The position numbers and the translations under genes were made by a program. This document shows positions 11,696 through 20,977 of a DNA stretch of 64,000 bases, piece by piece. The DNA is from Candidatus Altimarinota bacterium (GTDB lineage: Bacteria; Patescibacteriota; Gracilibacteria; UBA4473). The stretch is taken from the NCBI GenBank assembly GCA_965231215.1, contig OZ246423.1:96001-160000 (forward strand). The letters run 5' to 3'. The notes beneath the pieces are model-generated. The model was not told the DNA's origin. It did no database searches and saw nothing but the letters and a program-made list of their open reading frames with translations. Position 1 is the stretch's first letter. Each line of letters starts with the position of its first letter.

Positions 11696-12385
11696 ATGAA
11701 AAATTTCTTTGCCGCTCTAGTGGTGTTTGCTGGGAGCTTTATCTCACTTTCTGCACTAGCTCATCAAGCCGATAGTGATGGAAGTCGTGATCACTATCAT
11801 CCTCATTATCATCAAAACCACAGCATTTCTGATCATTTTAGAGGCAGTCGTAACTACGATTATAACCAATACCAGTACAAAACTCACAATAGAGTTGATG
11901 TTTTTGAGGCCTTTAATAATGGAAATGCTGTACTTTTTACGCATGATAATGATCACCATTTTGATTTTTTCAAAAAATCTCAGTATGAAAAACCTACTTA
12001 CAATCATCAAAATAAATGTAACCTTTATCCAAAACAAGCTACTTACTACTCACGAGAAGTTCCCGTTTACCGATATGCTCTGATTGCCCCTCCACAAAAA
12101 AATGTAAATCAAACTTACCACCAACCGCCTTACGCTTATTCAAGCTGTGCAGGCAAAAATTGTTGCCAAGACTGTAAACCCGCTCGACCTTGGCAGCTAA
12201 AAAGTCTTGTTGGCTACCAAAACCGAAGCTACCGAGCCCCTTCTGAATACAACCCAGACTGCTACAAAAACCGAGTTTATACTCCAAACGCCTACCAAAA
12301 CTACCGCCACTATGATGATAGGCATAGATACCAAAGCCACTCACCGTACAAGACTCACAAAACTTACACCTGTGATAATTGTTAA
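11696..12385 (+). CDS. Secreted His/Tyr/Cys-rich low-complexity protein
   Basis: Sec signal peptide ending ALA; H/Y/N/Q-rich mature part; followed by a terminator. Confidence 0.75.
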   Translation: MKNFFAALVVFAGSFISLSALAHQADSDGSRDHYHPHYHQNHSISDHFRGSRNYDYNQYQYKTHNRVDVFEAFNNGNAVLFTHDNDHHFDFFKKSQYEKPTYNHQNKCNLYPKQATYYSREVPVYRYALIAPPQKNVNQTYHQPPYAYSSCAGKNCCQDCKPARPWQLKSLVGYQNRSYRAPSEYNPDCYKNRVYTPNAYQNYRHYDDRHRYQSHSPYKTHKTYTCDNC

Positions 12386-12409
12386 GCCCCAGCTCTCGAG
12401 ATTTACAAC

Positions 12410-12440
12410 AAAACCCAAGACTAAGATCCTTGGGTTTTTT
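12410..12440. terminator. Bidirectional intrinsic terminator
   Basis: AAAACCCAAG...CTTGGGTTTTTT between convergent genes. Confidence 0.75.
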
Positions 12441-13200
12441 GTTTGCGCTCCCAGATAAACGATTGAAAAAACGAAGCATAAAGCAAAAACATGATCGCCA
12501 TCAGGTCAAATATTTGAGCTAGCTTAAACCCAAAAAATACGGAAGGTTCTCCCCCTCTCCAGAACTGCAGTACAAAATCAATAAGAAAGAAATACAGGAG
12601 TGTTTGATAAAAAAGTTTCCCTGGAATCTTACTAAAACTATTAAAATTCTTTCGCACCCACTGTAATAAAAAAAAGTGGCAGATAAATCCATACAAGGTT
12701 ACTGGATGAACAGGGTTGAGAATTTCTACTCCAAAAGTTTCATACTGAACTCCCCACGGCAGAATCGTTTCGGTACCATAGACTCTTCCCGTCAAAAACC
12801 CAGCCAGATCAACTACCAGCACCGCTAACAAAAAAGACGGCATTCCTACATCTATCCATTTATAAAAAGGTTTATTATGCCTTTTAAGGTCGATATACAT
12901 AGTGAGTAAAAACCCCGTCAACACCCCAAAGAAATTTAGTTCTCCTTCCCAAAACGCGGCGTAGGTAAAAATTCCGTATTGATCAAAGGCTCCAACATTC
13001 AGTATTACCGCTACTAACCTTCCCAAAAGAATCCCTCCTAAAAGCCAGCGCCAATAGTGATGTAAGAAAAAATCTTTAGAAAAATTATGCTGTTCTAACG
13101 CTCTATAATAGTGCCAAGAGCCTAAGGCAAACGCCAAACTCAAAAATATCCCGTAAATTTTCAGGGCAAAAACACCAAAGTTTATCTGTGAAAAATTCAT
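12421..13200 (-). CDS. lgt: Divergent prolipoprotein diacylglyceryl transferase (Lgt-like)
   Basis: IYG, GRL, YG...LPWGV and HPVTLY motifs with a multi-TM pattern; likely start is ATG 13200; several catalytic positions are substituted (see findings). Confidence 0.75.
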   Translation of the reverse strand: MNFSQINFGVFALKIYGIFLSLAFALGSWHYYRALEQHNFSKDFFLHHYWRWLLGGILLGRLVAVILNVGAFDQYGIFTYAAFWEGELNFFGVLTGFLLTMYIDLKRHNKPFYKWIDVGMPSFLLAVLVVDLAGFLTGRVYGTETILPWGVQYETFGVEILNPVHPVTLYGFICHFFLLQWVRKNFNSFSKIPGKLFYQTLLYFFLIDFVLQFWRGGEPSVFFGFKLAQIFDLMAIMFLLYASFFQSFIWERKQKTQGS

Positions 13201-13310
13201 CGAACCTATTTTTAAGTATCCCCAAACAATCTTCAACTCAAAAACCATTTTAATACTCAGAGTCTTGTGGGTTCCCTAAGAATTAAAATACCTATTTTAG
13301 AAAGGGGTTT

Positions 13311-13338
13311 CGTAGGGAGAAACTAGTTTTCCCCTACG
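13311..13338. repeat. Palindromic hairpin (REP-like or terminator)
   Basis: CGTAGGGAGAAACT / AGTTTTCCCCTACG inverted repeat just after the 388-aa ORF. Confidence 0.5.
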
Positions 13339-13343
13339 CATTC

Positions 13344-14510
13344 TTACACCCAATAAAAAATTACCGGGAACTGCACTGAGTACACAAATATCGCCAATCC
13401 TGTACTTCCTAAAACGATAATTCGATCGCGCCAAGAAAACCCAGGATAAAAACGATAAAAGTAAAATGAAATCAGCATAATCATCGATAATCCAATCATA
13501 TACCAAATCAGTGACGAATAGAGAAAAAAACTACTTCTCTCAATATCCTTCTCAAAAACAATTTGGGCCAAATTCCAAATCAAAAATCCGCCACAAACCA
13601 AAAATAAAAAGCCAAAAGTAAGATAGAAAATATTAACCAGTGCCTCAAAAAATTTAATCTCTGAGACTGTTTCTTTAAGCCCCTCCGTATCAATTTTGGC
13701 TAGTTGAACCTGAAGATCAATAAGTCCTTTACTAATAGCCTTATCAAACTTGGTTCCAACTGCCTGAAATTTAGATCTACGGCGATTAATTTCTTCTTTT
13801 AGTTCGGCCGGAATATTGGCATCCTGCAAGAAAATTTCATCACTCGTAATTTGAGTCAAAAGGCGCTTTGTGAGACTTTTAAGATGGGAAACTGAATTCG
13901 AATGTTTCAGCCTCATTAAAAGGTTAATCCGCTCCTCAATTTCTCGTTTTTTTCCAGAATCAATAAACTCAGAGTTTTCTTCTAGCAGTGGAATTACTTC
14001 AGAAAGCACTGAATCAATCTTTTCCATCATAAATTTCCGCTCTTCTTCATTCGCCTCTACCGCTTCTTGAACCTCATCATGCTTTACTTCTACTTTTTTA
14101 CCTTTCTTTTTGGCTCGTCTTTCATCCAGTTTAATTTCTACCTGAAGACGGTCTTCAAGTTCTTTTTCAATTCCAGCGGCTTTTTGAGCCTCTTTTTGGC
14201 TCGGCGCCATAGTGGTATCGATCAGATAGTACACCTCTAATTCATATTCCCTTCTCAATTTTTTATACGCTCCGTAACGATCCTCGGCTTCTATCGTTCC
14301 TCGAATCTTTTTATGCATTTGGTTCATAGCCTCAAAGTCAAAGACTTTAAGCCCTGAAGCCATTTGCTCATCTTTTGGTTCTTCAAGAGTCAAAATAGAC
14401 AACCCCCCTGCCTTTAACTTATCTCGTGCAGCATCCAAAGATGCGGCACTCACATACCCAGAAATTTGTTTTCCTTCGGGAGTTACGGCCTGAAAATAAT
14501 ATTTTCTCAT
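13344..14510 (-). CDS. Membrane protein with two tandem PilC/GspF-type N-terminal domains, a coiled coil and 3 C-terminal TM helices
   Basis: YYFQAVTPEGKQISGYVSAASLDAARDKLKAGGL and FDFEAMNQMHKKIRGTIEAEDRYGAYKKLRREYEL. Confidence 0.7.
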   Translation of the reverse strand: MRKYYFQAVTPEGKQISGYVSAASLDAARDKLKAGGLSILTLEEPKDEQMASGLKVFDFEAMNQMHKKIRGTIEAEDRYGAYKKLRREYELEVYYLIDTTMAPSQKEAQKAAGIEKELEDRLQVEIKLDERRAKKKGKKVEVKHDEVQEAVEANEEERKFMMEKIDSVLSEVIPLLEENSEFIDSGKKREIEERINLLMRLKHSNSVSHLKSLTKRLLTQITSDEIFLQDANIPAELKEEINRRRSKFQAVGTKFDKAISKGLIDLQVQLAKIDTEGLKETVSEIKFFEALVNIFYLTFGFLFLVCGGFLIWNLAQIVFEKDIERSSFFLYSSLIWYMIGLSMIMLISFYFYRFYPGFSWRDRIIVLGSTGLAIFVYSVQFPVIFYWV

Positions 14511-14603
14511 AAAAATATAATCCCGCGATTATAGCATAAATTACATTAATCTTCCAGCTCCTAGAGCGGGTTTAGACAAAGTTTTGATTGACTTTAATTA
14601 TTC

Positions 14604-16211
14604 TTATTTTATTGAGGCTCCCACAAAATCTCTAAACAACGGATGTGGCTCAAATGGTCTGCTTTTCAGTTCTGGATGAAACTGTCCCGCTACCATAAAT
14701 TTATGTCCTTTTATCTCTACAATCTCTACGAGTTTTGATTGTGGATTTCTTCCAGAAATTACAAAGTCACTCCCTTCAAATTTTGGTAAAAATTCATCAT
14801 TAAATTCATATCGGTGTCGGTGTCGCTCAGATATTTTTGTCGTTTTATAAACAGAATAAGCTTTAGTCCCTTTCCTAATTTCACAATCATAAGCTCCAAG
14901 CCGCATGGTCCCCCCTTTTCTTCGAATATTTTTTTGTTCAGGAATAAAGTGAATCACATGATGTTTCGATTTGCCTTCTTTATCAAATTCTTCTGATGTA
15001 GCATCTTTAAGACCTAAGGCATTTCGAGCATATTCTATAGCCATAATTTGGCTTCCAAGGCACAACCCTAGATAGGGTTTATTATTGGTTCTACAGTAGT
15101 TGGCGACCTGAATTTTCCCCTCAATACCTCGATTTCCAAATCCTCCGGGGACTACCACTCCAGCCACACTTTTTAGTTTTTCCCATTCATCCGTATCTTT
15201 TTGTTCAATCAGTTCTGTATCGATCCATTCAATATTTACTTTTTTCCCATGGAAATAACCGGCCGATTTAGCGGCCTCAATCACCGATAAATAAGCGTCA
15301 TCAAGGTCGTTGTATTTTCCAGCCAGACCAATCGTAATTTCACTTTTAGTTCTGATAATTTTTTGAACCCCTGCCTCCCAGGATTCGAGGTTAAATTTTT
15401 TCGTTTTAAGATTTAGTTTCCGAGCCAATACATCTCCTACTCCATGTTTTTCAAACCGAAGTGGCACTTCATAAATAGACTTTACAGTTTCGGCTGGTAT
15501 CACACATTCTTCTGGCACATCGCAAAAGTACGCGACTTTTTTCAGCAATTTCTTCGGAATTTTTACATCGGCTCTTGTAAAAATCATATCTGGATGAATT
15601 CCTACACGTCTAAGTTCTCGAACTGACAATTGAGTTGGTTTAGTTTTCAGTTCTCCAGAGGCCGCTAAATATGGCAGTAAGGTTAAATGAAGTGAAACCA
15701 AATCACTTCCATATTTATTTTTCATCTGCCTAATCACTTCCAAAAATGGTTCTCCTTCAATATCCCCAACCGTTCCTCCAATTTCTACTACTAGCACATC
15801 TACCTCCATTTTTTTCGCAGCTAGTTCCACCTTCTGAATAATCTTATTGGTAATGTGTGGCACTACCTGGATCGTTCCACCAAGGTACTTCCCTTCTCTT
15901 TCTTCGGCTAACACTTCACTATACACTCTTCCTGTCGTTACCGTACACACCCCGCTCAATGGCGTATCAATAAATCTCTCATAGTGTCCCAAATCTAGAT
16001 CCGTTTCACTTCCATCATCCAACACAAAAACCTCTCCATGCTGAAACGGACTCATCGTCCCTGGATCTACATTCAAATAAGGATCAAGCTTCATTATAGC
16101 TACTTTGACCCCTCCGGATTTGAGTATTGCCGCAGTACTAGAAGCCACTATTCCCTTTCCTAAACTACTACAAACTCCACCCGTAACGAAAACAAATTTT
16201 GTATTAACCAT
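14604..16211 (-). CDS. pyrG: CTP synthase
   Basis: FVTGGVCSSLGKG, DPYLNVDPGTMSP, GLCLG, ERHRHRYE, QFHPE. Confidence 0.99.
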   Translation of the reverse strand: MVNTKFVFVTGGVCSSLGKGIVASSTAAILKSGGVKVAIMKLDPYLNVDPGTMSPFQHGEVFVLDDGSETDLDLGHYERFIDTPLSGVCTVTTGRVYSEVLAEEREGKYLGGTIQVVPHITNKIIQKVELAAKKMEVDVLVVEIGGTVGDIEGEPFLEVIRQMKNKYGSDLVSLHLTLLPYLAASGELKTKPTQLSVRELRRVGIHPDMIFTRADVKIPKKLLKKVAYFCDVPEECVIPAETVKSIYEVPLRFEKHGVGDVLARKLNLKTKKFNLESWEAGVQKIIRTKSEITIGLAGKYNDLDDAYLSVIEAAKSAGYFHGKKVNIEWIDTELIEQKDTDEWEKLKSVAGVVVPGGFGNRGIEGKIQVANYCRTNNKPYLGLCLGSQIMAIEYARNALGLKDATSEEFDKEGKSKHHVIHFIPEQKNIRRKGGTMRLGAYDCEIRKGTKAYSVYKTTKISERHRHRYEFNDEFLPKFEGSDFVISGRNPQSKLVEIVEIKGHKFMVAGQFHPELKSRPFEPHPLFRDFVGASIK

Positions 16212-16544
16212 TACGGGCTTTAAGTGTAACCCGGAATGTTAGGAAATCAAAAAAAATAGTGTAGTTTTTACAATAAACTATTTTATTTCAATGAATGCAG
16301 GATACACCTACCCCTACATTAAATAGGCAAATGCAACGAGGAGGAAGCGCCACTAAGCAATACAGAAATCAAAAAATTAAACGAAACCATGAGAACTTCA
16401 AAGAAAGTAAGATATATTGCAAGCAGATCGGATTTTTAGTTACAAATAAGAGTTAGATTGATAACTTTTTAAAATAACTATAAAGACACTTTCCAAAGTG
16501 TTTGTTTTATGATATAATGAGCTATTAAAAATAAATACAAACCC

Positions 16545-18206
16545 ATGAAATCCCACCAACATATCGTTTTTGCTCCAGAGGCAAAGTACATTTTTAAAGA
16601 CCCAGAAGCAGGGCGAGATCATCACACAGGGAGTGGCGAAAAAACTATCCCAAAAATTGAAGATCTAATGAAACAGCATCATGAAAATCCTACACCTGAA
16701 ACTCAGGCGGCTATTGATGCTTTTATTAAACAAAAAATTCAAGAAATCCAAAGAGGACGTGATCCAAAAAATGGAGTATTAATGGCAGAAGCGTTAAATC
16801 AACAAATTGCAGATGCAAAAGCAAAATATCCAAATGCCGCTGAAGTCGTAGAGAAACATGCTCCAGCAATTCAAAAACATTTGGATAAAACAGATGAAAA
16901 AGACCAACCAGCGGCTAAAGATGCCTTGAAACCTGAAGAAGTAACCAAACTTCAAGAAGAAGCGAAGACTATTAAACCTGAAGAATTTTTAAAAAAAGAC
17001 AAAAAGTCTCAACTGGCTATGGTAACTGAAGGGGGTGAAACTCCAGGAGCCATTAAACCTGGAAAAGAAATAACCTTTAAATTTGATGAAGCGGGAAATG
17101 AAGATCTCTATAAGAAAACAACCCTTGGTACAGTGATGCCAGCCAACGTACGAGCTGTAGAAGCTGATGGAGTCAAATATATTCGTCGAGGCATGACTGG
17201 TGAATTTTTTAATGAGCAAGGCGTTCGTCTTAAAATTCATAACGGAACAAAAGTAAAAGTTGCTTCAGAAGGGGGATACATAAAAGAAGACAGTGAAGAG
17301 TTCAAAAAATTACAGGATGCGGCTAAAGCCAAAGCAGATACAGCGATTAAACAGCACGGTGTAGAAAAAGGACATAAATTCTACGAAAGGTATAACAAAG
17401 TGGCTCAAATGGCATCAGAAAAAGGAGTTGATCCGCAACTCGCTCTACTTTTGGCTAAAAGTAAATCTTTCAATGCCATTGCCGATGATAAAGACTTTTT
17501 ACCAAAATTTGAAGACGCTCTTACAGAATTCCACAGGGGAACTGACGGTTCAAGTAAAGATAAAATTTATGATAAAGATGGGAATTTAAACTTAAATGAA
17601 GCATCAAATTGGATTCGAACTTTTGTAGAGGATAATGAAACGGGAAAAGAAATACTAAAAGCTATAAAAAACAAAGAAGGTAAAGCTCTTTACGATAACA
17701 AAGATATTGAAGAGGCTTTCAGCCTAACAAAAGCCACTCAGCTTAGTAAAGCTGAATTTGCAAAGTTTGCCTGGGAGCAGGGTAAAAAAGTAGAAGCTAA
17801 ATATCCAGGCGTTCCAACAGAGGCCGTATTTGCAACTGCTGGTCTAGAGTCTGGATGGGGAACTAGTTCCTTAGCTAAAGACGTTAATGCAGTTTTTGGA
17901 ATAGGAGGCAATAATGGGAAAGGAAGATTTTCTACTGGTGATGGGCATACAAAAAGAGGTTATGATTCACTAGAAGCATCCTTTATGGATTATGGAAGTT
18001 TTCTTCAAGGAAAACGATATAAAGGCATAGTTACAAAGTACGCACCAATTTTTAAAAAAATTCCAATAGGAAGTGCAGAAAGGAAGCCGCATGTAAGACA
18101 ATTCTTAACAGAAATTGCACAAGCTGGATACAACCCTAAAGGAGCCACCTATGCAGGTCATGTAATGAAAATGCTTGAAGGAAGCATGGCTAATAATATA
18201 ACCTAA
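16545..18206 (+). CDS. Large protein with a C-terminal GH73/FlgJ-type peptidoglycan hydrolase domain
   Basis: ATAGLESGWGTS...NAVFGI, YDSLEASFMDY, AGY; no signal peptide. Confidence 0.75.
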   Translation: MKSHQHIVFAPEAKYIFKDPEAGRDHHTGSGEKTIPKIEDLMKQHHENPTPETQAAIDAFIKQKIQEIQRGRDPKNGVLMAEALNQQIADAKAKYPNAAEVVEKHAPAIQKHLDKTDEKDQPAAKDALKPEEVTKLQEEAKTIKPEEFLKKDKKSQLAMVTEGGETPGAIKPGKEITFKFDEAGNEDLYKKTTLGTVMPANVRAVEADGVKYIRRGMTGEFFNEQGVRLKIHNGTKVKVASEGGYIKEDSEEFKKLQDAAKAKADTAIKQHGVEKGHKFYERYNKVAQMASEKGVDPQLALLLAKSKSFNAIADDKDFLPKFEDALTEFHRGTDGSSKDKIYDKDGNLNLNEASNWIRTFVEDNETGKEILKAIKNKEGKALYDNKDIEEAFSLTKATQLSKAEFAKFAWEQGKKVEAKYPGVPTEAVFATAGLESGWGTSSLAKDVNAVFGIGGNNGKGRFSTGDGHTKRGYDSLEASFMDYGSFLQGKRYKGIVTKYAPIFKKIPIGSAERKPHVRQFLTEIAQAGYNPKGATYAGHVMKMLEGSMANNIT

Positions 18207-19258
18207 AACAGACCTTTCTGCCCCACAGGCGCCCCCAAACCTAAATGCATAAAAGCACTCTCCGTTGCCATCCGGCCTCGGGGGGTCTTTTGTAAAAGCC
18301 CTTCACGGATAAGAAAGGGTTCAATACTGTCTTCTAAAGTGGCTTCTTCCTCTCCTATCGCTGAAGCGAGGGTAGAAAGTCCTACTGGCCCTCCACCAAA
18401 TTTTTCACATAAAATTTTAAGATATTCTTGATCCGAAAAATCTAAACCTTTTTCATCAACTGATAGATCTTTGAGGCCATCATCAACTACTTTTTTAGTG
18501 ATATGTCCTTCATGCAGTACTTCAGCAAAATCTCGCATTCGTCGAAGCAACCTATTGGCTACTCGTGGTGTACACCGACAACAATGAGAGAGTTTTTCCG
18601 CCGCATCATCATTGATCTGAATTGCTAAAATATCAGCCGATTGAGCCAAAATAGACTGAATTTCTTTGGGTTCGTAAAATCGAAGTTTTTCAATATGACC
18701 AAATCGGTCTCTAAGTGGATTTGAAACTTTTGATATCTGTGTTGTAGCCCCCACCAAAGTAAACTTAGGCACATTAATACGCATTGTTCTGGCACTTGGC
18801 CCCTTACCAATAACCAAGTCAATCGCAAAATCTTCCATAGCCGTATACAAAATTTCTTCCACGGGCATCCTCAGTCTATGAATCTCATCAATAAACAAAA
18901 AATCTCCTTCTTGCAGGTTAGACAAAATAGAAGCTAGATCCCCTGGTTTTTCTAACGCTGGGCCAGAGGTCACACGCAGATTCGTTTCCATTTCACTAGC
19001 CAAGATCATAGCCAGCGTTGTTTTTCCCAGGCCAGGAGGGCCATAAAAAATAGTATGATCCAGCGCTTCTCCCCTATTTTTGGCGGCCTTTAAAAATACT
19101 TTTAGGTTCCTCTTTACTTCCTCTTGTCCCACATAACCTGAAAAATCTTTAGGCCTGAGTTGGTTTTCAAACACTTCGGTCTCTGAATTCCCAGCAGTAG
19201 AAACGACGGAATCTGATGTGGAATTTTTGGATGTATTTTCTTCTTCTATAATCGCCAT
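18203..19258 (-). CDS. ruvB: Holliday junction branch-migration helicase RuvB
   Basis: LRP, GPPGLGKTT, FIDEIHR, LRDRFG, TPRGR. Confidence 0.98.
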   Translation of the reverse strand: MAIIEEENTSKNSTSDSVVSTAGNSETEVFENQLRPKDFSGYVGQEEVKRNLKVFLKAAKNRGEALDHTIFYGPPGLGKTTLAMILASEMETNLRVTSGPALEKPGDLASILSNLQEGDFLFIDEIHRLRMPVEEILYTAMEDFAIDLVIGKGPSARTMRINVPKFTLVGATTQISKVSNPLRDRFGHIEKLRFYEPKEIQSILAQSADILAIQINDDAAEKLSHCCRCTPRVANRLLRRMRDFAEVLHEGHITKKVVDDGLKDLSVDEKGLDFSDQEYLKILCEKFGGGPVGLSTLASAIGEEEATLEDSIEPFLIREGLLQKTPRGRMATESAFMHLGLGAPVGQKGLF

Positions 19259-19273
19259 CTACCACATTATGGT

Positions 19274-19537
19274 TTATTGATGACCAATGATCAATTGTTT
19301 CTGAGCTTCAATAACCGCTGGTTTAATAATTACTTTTTTTACATTCATAAAATGAACAATTTTTTTGTTCAAAAAAGAAAGTTTATCCAAGGCTTCAACT
19401 TCCTTAACCACATATCCACCTCTACCTGAAGCTTTTTGATGAGTATCAAAAACCAGCCTACCATCCTGAACCGTAAACCGAAAAAAAGTTTCGGCTTCAT
19501 CTTTTTTCCCCGTAACTAGGCAGGTTCTAAGAGGCAT
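19274..19537 (-). CDS. ylxR: YlxR/DUF448-family RNA-binding protein
   Basis: PLRTC...GRGGYV motif, 87 aa. Confidence 0.75.
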   Translation of the reverse strand: MPLRTCLVTGKKDEAETFFRFTVQDGRLVFDTHQKASGRGGYVVKEVEALDKLSFLNKKIVHFMNVKKVIIKPAVIEAQKQLIIGHQ

Positions 19538-19597
19538 TTTTATAAAAATGAGTCCCTAAACCGAAATTCAGGAACTCAATACAAAATATTAGTAAAA

Positions 19598-20665
19598 CTA
19601 AATTTTTTCTAGTTCTAACCGGTGAGAATCCGTATTTACTGAAAGGACTTTCCCCGTAAGCGTTTCGCCTTCTTTCACTGCGTTTCCAAGGTCTGTTGCT
19701 TTTTCTACACCAAATTGGCTTAATTCAAAGAGCCCTTGTACGTCTACTTCAATCTCAATAAATACTCCGTTGTCATTCCATCGAGTTACTTTCCCACTTA
19801 CTTCTTGACCATCGCTATATTTTTCAGCGTATTGTAACCAAGGATCTTCAGAAAGTTGTTTGATAGAGAAAGAGAGTTTATCTCCATCTTTTCCAATAAT
19901 GAGTACTTCTACTTTGTCACCAATATTGAAATTTCGTCCAGGATCAGAAACATGACCCCATTCAAGTTCAGACACATGAACCAATCCTTCTACTCCACCA
20001 AAGGTTACAAAGATTCCGAATTTAACGACTCCAGAAACCACACCCTCAACTACATCTCCTATTTGGATGTTTTTGAGCGTTTCTCCCATTTGAGATTCAT
20101 GTGCTAGTTTTTCAGAGATAATAATTTTTCCTTGTTCTCGGTCGACATTCAAGACTCGTACGGCAAATTCTTTACCGATATGGGTCTGAAGACGTTTAAG
20201 AATTTCTCCAGCGTCTGCCCCTTCTACCCGTGGGTAATTCATTGGCATAAGCTGAGAGACTGGGAGGAAAGATTTAAGCCCTTTGTATTTAGCCATAAGG
20301 CCTCCTTTATTGGCTTCTTCAATTTTAACTTTAATGATGCGTTCCTCTTCCATAATAGCGCTGAGCTCGGCCCAAGCGGTGTCTTGAGAAGCTCGTCTCA
20401 GTGAAAGCATTACCAACCCTTGATCATTCTCCGGATCAACGACTGTAGCTTCAATTTGCACTCCCGCTTCAAGCTCTTCCCCTTCAGTGCCAAACCCAGA
20501 AGCTTCACGACGAGTAATAAGCCCCGTAGTGCCACCAGGCAGTTCCATAATTACACGTGATGCATTTGCATCAAGCACCGTTCCCTTTACTGATTCTCCA
20601 GCTTTAAACGATACCAAAGCACCGTCATCTTTTGACAGTAGGTTATCCATTACATTTGTTGCCAT
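19598..20665 (-). CDS. rpsA: 30S ribosomal protein S1 (four S1 domains)
   Basis: Repeated S1 motifs (NKGG, FLPVSQL, FGIFV, EGLVHVSEL). Confidence 0.92.
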   Translation of the reverse strand: MATNVMDNLLSKDDGALVSFKAGESVKGTVLDANASRVIMELPGGTTGLITRREASGFGTEGEELEAGVQIEATVVDPENDQGLVMLSLRRASQDTAWAELSAIMEEERIIKVKIEEANKGGLMAKYKGLKSFLPVSQLMPMNYPRVEGADAGEILKRLQTHIGKEFAVRVLNVDREQGKIIISEKLAHESQMGETLKNIQIGDVVEGVVSGVVKFGIFVTFGGVEGLVHVSELEWGHVSDPGRNFNIGDKVEVLIIGKDGDKLSFSIKQLSEDPWLQYAEKYSDGQEVSGKVTRWNDNGVFIEIEVDVQGLFELSQFGVEKATDLGNAVKEGETLTGKVLSVNTDSHRLELEKI

Positions 20666-20977
20666 ATTGTTTTACGACGTGAAATTAAAATATTTTTACA
20701 GCTTCCTTCTCCAAATGGGTACACGTCAAAACCAAAATGTTGTCGAAAGCCCAAGAAATTTAGTTTATAAAAGGGAAAAGTCAAATATTTTTAAAGGACA
20801 CAAAAAGGCCTCATTTCGTCCTCTGAATAATTTAAAATACTGTCGAGCTCCACAGACTAACCCTCAAAATCACAGCTTATTTCCATAAGGTTCTCCCTCA
20901 AAAAGAGTTCCATTACCCTAAAAATCAAAGGCTAAAACCACTTGAAGTAAACCGCAAAAAATGTAGTATGTGAGCGA

